From assembly GCA_027460535.1 (NCBI GenBank), contig JAPZAR010000011.1:238732-270731 (forward strand): a DNA stretch of 32,000 bases. The letters run 5' to 3'. Positions 24,827 through 32,000 of the stretch are shown piece after piece (position 1 is the stretch's first letter; every line of letters starts with the position of its first letter). Under the pieces are notes generated by a model. That model had not been told where the DNA came from. It did no database searches and saw only the letters and a list, made by a program, of their open reading frames with translations. The DNA comes from Candidatus Methanoperedens sp. GTDB lineage: Archaea; Halobacteriota; Methanosarcinia; Methanosarcinales; Methanoperedenaceae. The position numbers were made by a program, and so were the translations under genes.

Positions 24827-27800
24827 AAAGTCTGAACATCACTCAAAAATTAATAATATTTTTTATATTAATATCGATTCTGCCTTATGCCGTAATAAGC
24901 TATATCAATTATTCTGCAGAGAGGGATGCACTCGAGAAAACGGTATTCCAGGACCTGAGCGCGCTCGTCGAGGCAAAGAGGACCCATATTTCAACAGTCG
25001 TTAACTTCAGAATAGAGCAGGTAAAGGAGGTCTCTACCTCAAGTTTCCTGCAACAGATAGAAACAAGGAATACAGGTGACATTAATCTCAATCTTTTAAG
25101 GGTAAGAAGGGAGATCCCCGAATTTTATGAGCTATCCGCCCTTGACGTAAACGGTATTGTTCTGGCTTCTACCGAAAGCGGGCTTTTGAATGTTAATTAT
25201 AGTAAAGAAGACTTCTTCAAAAAAGCCAAGAACGGCCTGTATATTGGAAACCTAGATTTCTATGATAACAGAACTGGATATATTATTTCATATCCTGTAT
25301 TGAATAGAAGTACAGGGAAACCCATAGGAGTATTGGTAGCAGTTGTTTACCCCCTTTTCATATACGATGTTACCAGTGATTATACAGGTCTGGGACGCAG
25401 TGGTGAAGCGCTTCTGGTTCAGAAAAGGGGGAACGATATCGTCTATTTAAATCCACTGCGCTACAATCCAGATGCAACTCTGCACTTGAAATATCCTCTC
25501 GATTCCGAACGGGCTAAGCCTGCTATACTTGCTGCGAATGGAGGGAACGGTACCATCAGGGCTCTTGACTACCATGGAATTGAGGTTTTTGCGGCCTATA
25601 CATATATTCCTGTCGTTGACTGGGGACTCGTAGTAAAGATGGATGCTGAAGAGGCGTTAATTCCACTAACCAGGTTTAATGAGAGGTCTATTGCACTTGG
25701 TATATTTTATTTTGCGGTGGTAGCAGTCCTGGCCTATCTCTTCGGCAGGAGATTCACAGGTCCACTTATAAGACTTTCAGATGCCTCCAAGAAAGTGACC
25801 AAAGGTTATCTCACCGTCCACATCGAGCCAGAAAGCAGGGATGAAATCGGGGAACTCGCAGCATCATTCAATGTAATGGTACAGAGGTTAAAAGAGGTAT
25901 ACGAAGGCCTTGAGCAGAAGGTAAATGAGAGGACCAAGGATTTGAACAAAAGGAATCTTGAACTCTCTGCCCTCATCAAAACGAACCAGAGCATTTCAGC
26001 GGGTCTTGATCTGAAGAAGGTTCTGGATATTGCGGTCAGGGAAGCCGTAAGAATAGTCAATGTCTCTTACTGTTCTATTATACTGGTGGAAGAGGGAAAG
26101 GAATACGGCACTGTTGCGTCAGAATACAGTCCAAAAGATCACTTAAAATCATCCCGGGGAGAAATGCTGTATCTGGAGAACTGCCCGAAACTGAATGAAG
26201 CGTATCAGGGAAAACAATACGTCCTGATCGAAGATACCACCAAAGCGGAATTGTCCCCGAAAGAGAGAGAAATAGCAGAAACGTTGAGAATGCGGTCCGT
26301 TCTTATAGTCCCGCTTGTCCTGGGAGAGAAGACACTGGGCATGATGTTGTTGAGCAGCATCGAGGAGGTTAAGGGATTCCAGGTCGAGGAGATAAATATC
26401 TGCCAGACTATCGCCAACCAGGTGGCGATAGCTATTGAAAATGGCCACCTGTATTCTGAGCTCAAGCGTCATGACCAGACTCTTGCAACTCTTTTTGAAA
26501 TAGACCGGGTGGTGAGCCAATCGCTTGATCAGGAAGAGTTATTGAAAAAGGCGATCGCGAAAACCATTCAGGTAACATCTTCGGATGCGGGCTGGATATA
26601 TATTCTCCAGGAGGACGGTGAAACCCTGAACCTGAGAGCTTATGAGGGGATATCCTCTGAGCTGGCAGCGGCAGCTTCCACATTGAAAATAGGGCAGGGA
26701 GTATCGGGAATGGCAGTCGCGTCGGGTGAACCTGTAACGATGGACATTGAAAACTATCCGTATCCGTGGTTACTCCCGCTTATGGAAAAAGATGGCATAA
26801 GTTCACTGGTGGGCATCCCTCTCGCGGTAAAGGGAAAGATTTTAGGGGCCATGGTACTCTCAAACCGAAAGCACAGGATATTCTCAAAAGAAGATATTGA
26901 TGTCCTGTCATCTATAGGCAGCCAGGTAGGGGTAGCGGTTGAAAATGCGAGTTTATACTCAGAACTCAAGTACCATGATGAGACTATGGAGACACTTTTT
27001 GAAATAGATAGGGTGGTCAGCCAGTCTTTAGATCTGGAGGAGATATTCAAAAAAGCACTTGCTAAGACCATCCAGGTCACATCTTCCGACGCAGGCGCGA
27101 TTTATTTGCTCGATGAAACCGCGAATGTGCTGAAATTGGAGACTTTTACAAACCTGTCCGAGGATTTTGCCGGGGAGGTTTCTGAAATAAAGATGGGGGA
27201 GGGTATTGCAGGAGCCGCGGCGCTTTCCAGGAGACCTTTCGTCACAGATATTGATCATTATCCAAGCCGCGATCTTCTTCCCTTTTTAGAAAGAGAGGGG
27301 CTGATAACACTTGTGGGTACGCCGCTCATGGCCAAAGGCAGGGTAGTAGGGGCCATGAACCTTGCAAACCGCAGCAGGCGGATAGTTTCAAAAGATGATC
27401 TTGATGTTCTGGCTTCTATCGGGGGCCAGATAGGTGTGGCAATCGAAAATGCCAGACTCTACCAGGAAGCAAAGATCTCGTATGAAAAGTTGGAAGCTGC
27501 GTACGAGGAACTTAAGTCCCTGGACAAAATGAAGAGCGAATTCCTCTCCAATGTTTCCCATGAGCTCAAAACCCCACTCGTTTCCATACGGGGATTCAGC
27601 GAACTGATATACGATGAAAAACTCGGGAACCTGCCCCAGACACAAAAGAAGGCGCTTGAAGCCATAATCAGAAACACAGACAGGCTCACCCGGCTTATAG
27701 ATAGTCTCTTGTTCCTGAGCACGCAGCAGATGGGAAAACCTGAGATAAGGATGAAGACTGTGCCGCAGGCGATTGATGAAATAATTACGGCTTCCATGTC

Positions 27801-28215
27801 TGACATGAAGGTCCAGGCAGAGAAAAAGAACCTTAGTATGATAAAAGATGTGCCTCCGGGCCTTATTGTAATGGGAGACAGGGACAGGCTGACAGAGGTT
27901 TTCCTTAATCTGATAGACAACGCTATAAAATTCACTCATCCCGGGGGCAAGATTACAATTTCCGCCAGGGAAGAGGACAGCAGCGTACATATAACTGTTA
28001 CTGACATGGGCATAGGGATCCCTGAAGATGTGATACCTTTCCTTTTCCAGAGGTTTTACCAGGTCGACGCTTCCCTGACCAGGAAATACGGCGGCACGGG
28101 TCTTGGATTATACATATGCAAAAGTATCATCGAAGCCCATAAAGGGGAGATATGGATAGAAAGCAAGGTGGGCGTGGGGACAACAGTTCATGTCAGATTG
28201 CCCAGGAAAATGTAG
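24823..28215 (+). CDS. Membrane sensor histidine kinase: TM, Cache-like periplasmic domain, TM, HAMP, three GAF domains, HisKA, HATPase_c
   Basis: 1130 aa with a GTG start overlapping the receiver stop (GTGA). The Cache-like region includes YHGIEVFAAYTYIPVVDWGLVV and the HAMP region includes GPLIRLSDASKKVTKGYL...EIGELAASFNVMVQRL. The H-box is SEFLSNVSHELKTPL, the N-box is LIDNAIKFT, G1 is DMGIGI and G2 is GGTGLGL. Confidence 0.93.
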   Translation: MKSLNITQKLIIFFILISILPYAVISYINYSAERDALEKTVFQDLSALVEAKRTHISTVVNFRIEQVKEVSTSSFLQQIETRNTGDINLNLLRVRREIPEFYELSALDVNGIVLASTESGLLNVNYSKEDFFKKAKNGLYIGNLDFYDNRTGYIISYPVLNRSTGKPIGVLVAVVYPLFIYDVTSDYTGLGRSGEALLVQKRGNDIVYLNPLRYNPDATLHLKYPLDSERAKPAILAANGGNGTIRALDYHGIEVFAAYTYIPVVDWGLVVKMDAEEALIPLTRFNERSIALGIFYFAVVAVLAYLFGRRFTGPLIRLSDASKKVTKGYLTVHIEPESRDEIGELAASFNVMVQRLKEVYEGLEQKVNERTKDLNKRNLELSALIKTNQSISAGLDLKKVLDIAVREAVRIVNVSYCSIILVEEGKEYGTVASEYSPKDHLKSSRGEMLYLENCPKLNEAYQGKQYVLIEDTTKAELSPKEREIAETLRMRSVLIVPLVLGEKTLGMMLLSSIEEVKGFQVEEINICQTIANQVAIAIENGHLYSELKRHDQTLATLFEIDRVVSQSLDQEELLKKAIAKTIQVTSSDAGWIYILQEDGETLNLRAYEGISSELAAAASTLKIGQGVSGMAVASGEPVTMDIENYPYPWLLPLMEKDGISSLVGIPLAVKGKILGAMVLSNRKHRIFSKEDIDVLSSIGSQVGVAVENASLYSELKYHDETMETLFEIDRVVSQSLDLEEIFKKALAKTIQVTSSDAGAIYLLDETANVLKLETFTNLSEDFAGEVSEIKMGEGIAGAAALSRRPFVTDIDHYPSRDLLPFLEREGLITLVGTPLMAKGRVVGAMNLANRSRRIVSKDDLDVLASIGGQIGVAIENARLYQEAKISYEKLEAAYEELKSLDKMKSEFLSNVSHELKTPLVSIRGFSELIYDEKLGNLPQTQKKALEAIIRNTDRLTRLIDSLLFLSTQQMGKPEIRMKTVPQAIDEIITASMSDMKVQAEKKNLSMIKDVPPGLIVMGDRDRLTEVFLNLIDNAIKFTHPGGKITISAREEDSSVHITVTDMGIGIPEDVIPFLFQRFYQVDASLTRKYGGTGLGLYICKSIIEAHKGEIWIESKVGVGTTVHVRLPRKM
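26470..27477 (+). repeat. In-gene tandem duplication: two 504-bp (168-aa) GAF-domain units
   Basis: Unit 1 starts CATGACCAGACTCTTGCAACTCTTTTTGAAATAGACCGGGTGGTGAGCCAA at 26470. Unit 2 starts CATGATGAGACTATGGAGACACTTTTTGAAATAGATAGGGTGGTCAGCCAG at 26974. By manual alignment, 37 of the first 47 residues are identical, and similarity is lower further in. Confidence 0.8.
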
Positions 28216-28235
28216 TCTACAGTGATGAGCGGACA

Positions 28236-29177
28236 ATGAAAGATAAATATATAGGCTGCATGGTGGGTGCGGCTATCGGAGATGCGCTGGGCAAGCAGAA
28301 TGAGGGGTTGAGCAGGGAAGACATACTCAAAAAAGGATGTGCAGCAGATTATGGGAGGACACCAGCTGGCTGTCCGGGATTTAAACTCAGGCCAGGTCAA
28401 TACACGGATGATACTGAGCAGATGATCGTACTGGCGCGATCGATAATAAAGTGCAATGGTTTTGATGCAGGGGATTTTGCAGCCGGGATAGCTAAATGGG
28501 GTGTGGATGCCCTGAATGACCCGGAGAGGAAATCCCTGGTTGGACCTTCAAGTAATGCAGCGGTAACCCGGTTGAATTCCGGGATGGGCTGGAAGTATTC
28601 GGGAAGCCACGTTCCAACGTGCGGCTCCGCCATGAGGGTAGCGCCCATCGGGCTTTTTTACAAAGACCCGGATGAAATCGAGAAAAATGCTGCCCTCTCA
28701 TCAATCCCAACTCATAATAGCAAAGGTGCGATTGCAGGCGCCGTAGCCGTGGCAATCGGGGTTAGAGGTGCGCTTCTGGGTATGGAATTCCAAAAAATCA
28801 TAAAAGATGTAACCGAAAGGGCATCAAAATATGACAGCGGCCTTGGAAAAAAGATAAAGCTATCATTCACGAAAAGAAATACGGGGCCAGAGGAGGTGTT
28901 CTCTGAACTCGGGACCTCGTATTCGGTCTATGAGACGGTTCCATGTGCCTTTTACTGCTTTTCACGGTATTTTGATGATCCTGGGAAGGCGATCATGGAA
29001 GCAGCAAATGCAGGCGGGGATACGGATTCCATAGCCTGTATCACGGGGGCCTTGTGCGGCGCTTTGCACGGCATCGCCTCTTTCCCGGAGACGTGGATAA
29101 ACGGGCTTGAGAATGAAGATATGATAGCCCATCTTGCTGAAATGATTTTTGAAAGATCGATCTCAAGATATTTCTGA
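28236..29177 (+). CDS. ADP-ribosylglycohydrolase-family protein
   Basis: The family motifs are present: IGCMVGAAIGDALG, YTDDTEQ and NAGGDTDSIACITGAL. The track start at 28152 would overlap the kinase by 64 nt. The ATG at 28236, 20 nt after the kinase stop, gives the usual family N-terminus. Confidence 0.88.
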   Translation: MKDKYIGCMVGAAIGDALGKQNEGLSREDILKKGCAADYGRTPAGCPGFKLRPGQYTDDTEQMIVLARSIIKCNGFDAGDFAAGIAKWGVDALNDPERKSLVGPSSNAAVTRLNSGMGWKYSGSHVPTCGSAMRVAPIGLFYKDPDEIEKNAALSSIPTHNSKGAIAGAVAVAIGVRGALLGMEFQKIIKDVTERASKYDSGLGKKIKLSFTKRNTGPEEVFSELGTSYSVYETVPCAFYCFSRYFDDPGKAIMEAANAGGDTDSIACITGALCGALHGIASFPETWINGLENEDMIAHLAEMIFERSISRYF

Positions 29178-29231
29178 TCTGGTCATTTCTTTACAGCACC
29201 TTAATAATACCAGCGAACAAAAAAAGGGCAT

Positions 29232-30635
29232 GTGCCTCTTAAAGATAAAGTCAGGGATGCCGCGATCAAACTCGCTCCATGCATACACGGGGCAAGGGTT
29301 GAGGAAAGCGCGGAGGCTTCGGGAAAAAGGGCAGATGAGCTTATTGACTTCAGTGTAAACCTGAATCCTCTTGGGCCGCCAAAGTTGAAAAAAATATTGG
29401 AAAAAACCTGGAGAAACGTGGCAATTTATCCGGACAACAGGTATCAGGGCTTCAAAAAGGCGGCTGCTGAATACCTCGATGTTTCACCCGGGAATATCGT
29501 TCCAGGGAACGGTTCATCGGAATTGATCCGCCTCTTCGCCGAGACGGTGATTGAGCCGGGGGATGAAGTAATAATTCCGTCACCTACGTTTGGAGAGTAT
29601 GAATTCCAGTCCAGGCTATTTGGGGCAAGAGTTGGAAATATAGAATACGATGACTTCACAGGGATTGAACCGCAAGGCTGTAAAGCGGTTTTCCTCTGCA
29701 ATCCGAACAATCCCACGGGCAAGCTCATCAAAAGAGATGAGGTCTTAAAAGTGGCAGAGAAATGCATTGAATCTGAGGTTTTCTTTTTCGTCGATGAGGC
29801 GTTCATCGAATTATCAGACCCGGGCGAAACTATTGCTGATCTTGCGGCATCGAGCGATTTTGTCATCTGCCTTCGTTCACTTACCAAGACCTACGCAGTC
29901 CCGGGATTGAGGATTGGTTTTGCTGTTGCATCTCCCGAATTTGCAGGGATCATGAATAACATCCGTCTTCCATGGAACCTGAACTCAGTGGGGCTTGAAG
30001 TCGGGCAGCATCTACTTAAGGACCATGAAAAGTATCTTAGCAGGTCACTTGAATTGATCAGGAAGGAGCGGCAGTGGTTGGCGTCCAAACTCGTCTCAGT
30101 ACGCGGATTTAAACCTTATGCAAGCGATGCAAACTTCATTCTGGTGGATATCAGGGATTTCGCGCTTGATGCCTCGGAATTGACGCAGAGGATGTTAAGA
30201 CACGGCATTATTATCCGTGATTGTGCTTCTTTTGGCCTTGATAATCATATCAGGGTTGCGGTGAGGCGAAGAGCAGAGAACCAGGAGTTGATCCGCGCTC
30301 TTGCCAAAGTCATCTCTGAATGGGGCAGCGAGCTTGCAGAAAAAGAGATTGGCAGGGTTCTGGAAAGCGGCGTAACAGCCAGGAGCAGGGTCGAATGCGA
30401 ATATTATCCCTGCCACTTTGAAGGCCAGGACTGCACGTTCTGTTTCTGCCCCTTGTATCCCTGTGAAAATGAAAAAACCGGAGGGGAATTCGTCCAGAAA
30501 TCCACAGGTGGTGCGGTCTGGAGCTGCGCTAAATGCGAGATAATCCACAGGGGAAAGATCGCGGAGAAAGTGCTCAAAGCTTTGATGGATGGCAGGGAAA
30601 TCAACGATGTAAGGAAACTTGTGATGGATGCATGA
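29232..30635 (+). CDS. cobD: CobD, L-threonine-O-3-phosphate decarboxylase (class II aminotransferase fold) with a C-terminal Cys-rich metal-binding domain
   Basis: 467 aa with a GTG start. The PLP-fold motifs are DFSVNLNPLGPP, NPNNPTG and RSLTKTYAVPGLRIG (Lys). The tail is ECEYYPCHFEGQDCTFCFCPLYPCENEK...WSCAKCEIIH. The stop overlaps the cbiB ATG (ATGA). Confidence 0.85.
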   Translation: MPLKDKVRDAAIKLAPCIHGARVEESAEASGKRADELIDFSVNLNPLGPPKLKKILEKTWRNVAIYPDNRYQGFKKAAAEYLDVSPGNIVPGNGSSELIRLFAETVIEPGDEVIIPSPTFGEYEFQSRLFGARVGNIEYDDFTGIEPQGCKAVFLCNPNNPTGKLIKRDEVLKVAEKCIESEVFFFVDEAFIELSDPGETIADLAASSDFVICLRSLTKTYAVPGLRIGFAVASPEFAGIMNNIRLPWNLNSVGLEVGQHLLKDHEKYLSRSLELIRKERQWLASKLVSVRGFKPYASDANFILVDIRDFALDASELTQRMLRHGIIIRDCASFGLDNHIRVAVRRRAENQELIRALAKVISEWGSELAEKEIGRVLESGVTARSRVECEYYPCHFEGQDCTFCFCPLYPCENEKTGGEFVQKSTGGAVWSCAKCEIIHRGKIAEKVLKALMDGREINDVRKLVMDA

Positions 30636-31549
30636 TCGTTTTGGATTATTGGCTCCAGGTCCTGCTTCTCGCGTTATTATTTGATATTTTGTTCGGGGAG
30701 CCGCCAGAGGTTATTCATCCGGTGGTGTGGATGGGAAAACTGATAGGTTTGCTTGTATCGCGCGCACCCCACAGCCACAGGAAGATGTACGGGTTTTTTA
30801 TGGTCTTTTTCTGTGTGGGAATAGCGTTATTTGCAGGGTTGGTGCTGATTTCTCTGGGCAGGCCTGGTATGTTGGTTTCAGCTTTTTTCTTAAAATCCTG
30901 CTTTTCCATCCGGATGCTTCTGGTTTCCGCACTCGGGATAAGAAAAGACCTCGATGAAGGCAGGATTGAAAAGGTAAGAAAAGATTTGAGAACATTCGTT
31001 GGGAGAGACACCATGAAAATGAATATATACCAATCCGCTTCTGCTGTGATAGAATCACTGGCAGAAAGTTTTGTGGACGGCATCCTTTCACCGCTTTTTT
31101 ATTTTTTATTATTCGGTCTTCCGGGCGCACTTGCCTACCGTATGGTCAATACCCTTGACTCCATGGTGGGTTACAAAAAAGAACCATTTATCGAACTTGG
31201 ATATGTTGCTGCAAAGCTCGATGACCTGGCGAACTGGGTGCCTGCGTGGCTTTCGCTGGTGTTTATTGCCATTGCCTCGATATTCTTTGGCAAGCCATGG
31301 GATGCGGTGAGGACATGCATGAAGGACCATGATAAGACCGCCTCGCCAAATTCAGGGTGGCCGATGTCTGCGGTCTCAGGCGCCCTGCAGGTAAGGCTTG
31401 AAAAGGTAGGGTATCATGTATTAGGAGCACGATATGATGAACCGCGGTCATTTCAGATTAGAAAAGCTGTCTATATTGTGGGCTTCTCATCGTTTCTGGT
31501 GATTGCAGGAAGCTTTTTGATAGGGAAAGTGCCATTAGTCAAATTTTAA
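30632..31549 (+). CDS. cbiB: Adenosylcobinamide-phosphate synthase CbiB (CobD/CbiB membrane family)
   Basis: The internal ATG at 30632 of track ORF 30533-31549 gives MIVLDYWLQVLLLALLFDILFGEPPEVIHPVVWMGKLI. This is the canonical CbiB N-terminus. The sequence also contains NTLDSMVGYK and PNSGWPMSAVSGAL. Confidence 0.9.
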   Translation: MIVLDYWLQVLLLALLFDILFGEPPEVIHPVVWMGKLIGLLVSRAPHSHRKMYGFFMVFFCVGIALFAGLVLISLGRPGMLVSAFFLKSCFSIRMLLVSALGIRKDLDEGRIEKVRKDLRTFVGRDTMKMNIYQSASAVIESLAESFVDGILSPLFYFLLFGLPGALAYRMVNTLDSMVGYKKEPFIELGYVAAKLDDLANWVPAWLSLVFIAIASIFFGKPWDAVRTCMKDHDKTASPNSGWPMSAVSGALQVRLEKVGYHVLGARYDEPRSFQIRKAVYIVGFSSFLVIAGSFLIGKVPLVKF

Positions 31550-31880
31550 AAAACAAACCGCAGAATTCTTCTGACACTTGCATTTTGAAAAAACAAACCG
31601 CAGATAAACGCAGATGAACGCAGATTTAATGAATCGGCGATTATGTATAAGGTTGTTAGGGTTTATGGAACTGCATACATGAGATTACGAGAGTGTTCAT
31701 CAAAATTTCAATTTTCGAAAAAATTTATACGGAAGAGCGTAATTGAAGAGTTCTTGATTAAATTTTGAGCTAGCGAGCCGCAGATGACTGAATGGATTAT
31801 CAGATTATTGGATTGAAGAGAATGATAAAACGTATCAAGAGATTGTTATTATTAGTTTTGAAAAACAAACCGCAGATAAG
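31544..31880. repeat. Cluster of short dispersed and tandem repeats with the core CCGCAGAT
   Basis: TTTT(A/G)AAAAA(A)CAAACCGCAGA occurs at 31544-31564, 31583-31606 and 31856-31880. A 3x tandem 10-mer (ACCGCAGATA AACGCAGATG AACGCAGATT) lies at 31597-31626. A further CCGCAGATGA lies at 31778-31787. ATTGAAGAG occurs twice (31742, 31813). No ORF of 60 aa or more occurs on either strand. Confidence 0.6.
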
Positions 31881-32000
31881 CGTACTATTAACACTTTCGG
31901 TCAGCATTATCTTAACGGCGCTGGGGTTACGACCCCAGACCCCAACGGATGCGCCGCCGCTGGCGGGGTTTAACACGAAATCACCGGTTGCATATTTTCA

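Noticed and set aside
27388-27990. 200-aa and 158-aa minus-strand ORFs inside the histidine kinase
   Set aside because: They are antisense to the HisKA/HATPase region, which has unmistakable H, N, G1 and G2 boxes.
28152-28235. Upstream start (track ORF start at 28152) for the ADP-ribosylglycohydrolase gene, overlapping the kinase by 64 nt
   Set aside because: The extra 28 residues (MDRKQGGRGDNSSCQIAQENVVYSDERT) are not family-like. The ATG at 28236 restores the canonical N-terminus right before the GDALG motif.
28236-29177. ADP-ribosylglycohydrolase as evidence for a reversible ADP-ribosylation system tied to the kinase
   Set aside because: No ADP-ribosyltransferase or macro-domain partner is present in the window. 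The cobD-cbiB context offers a competing explanation. I keep it as an open question in the findings, not as a claim.
31544-31890. A CRISPR array
   Set aside because: The repeats are short (10-24 nt), irregularly spaced (about 40 nt and then about 270 nt) and partly tandem with no spacers. No cas genes are present.
1-32000. Recoding events (in-frame TAG pyrrolysine, TGA selenocysteine, programmed frameshifts) and pseudogenes
   Set aside because: Every recognisable gene is a single uninterrupted ORF of the expected length. I saw no split or truncated homologues.

Overview
Dense chromosomal segment (about 90% coding) from an archaeon. Archaeal origin is supported by a type II GAPDH, archaeal-type methionine adenosyltransferase, Dph2, Taw1, Rio2, DUF460 and ScpA/ScpB. 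A CobD carrying a C-terminal Cys-rich domain, as in Methanosarcina mazei, suggests a Methanosarcinales-like lineage; this is inference only. I call 38 protein-coding genes and one tRNA-Ser(CGA). I see no rRNA, CRISPR array, transposase, integrase or obvious pseudogene. Most genes are housekeeping: rio2, gap, scpAB, taw1, mat, tmk, dph2, cobD, cbiB. The best candidate for an undescribed system is a translationally coupled five-gene module at 22429-28215. It encodes a double-domain KaiC-like ATPase, two tiny 3-TM proteins, a stand-alone receiver and a 1130-aa Cache-HAMP-3xGAF histidine kinase. Secondary points of interest are listed here. (1) A Sulfolobus-type single-OB SSB with an all-basic RGG tail. 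(2) A minus-strand cluster of PhnP-like MBL, AAA+ ATPase, YfcE-like phosphoesterase and unknown genes. (3) A twin-bactofilin membrane protein. (4) A CorA-like channel without the GMN motif. (5) An ADP-ribosylglycohydrolase-family gene wedged between the kinase and cobD-cbiB. (6) A tRNA-flanked cluster of four small genes. (7) A non-coding tail at 31550-32000 full of CCGCAGAT-type repeats. All functional calls come from motif recognition by eye in the supplied translations. No database search was run.
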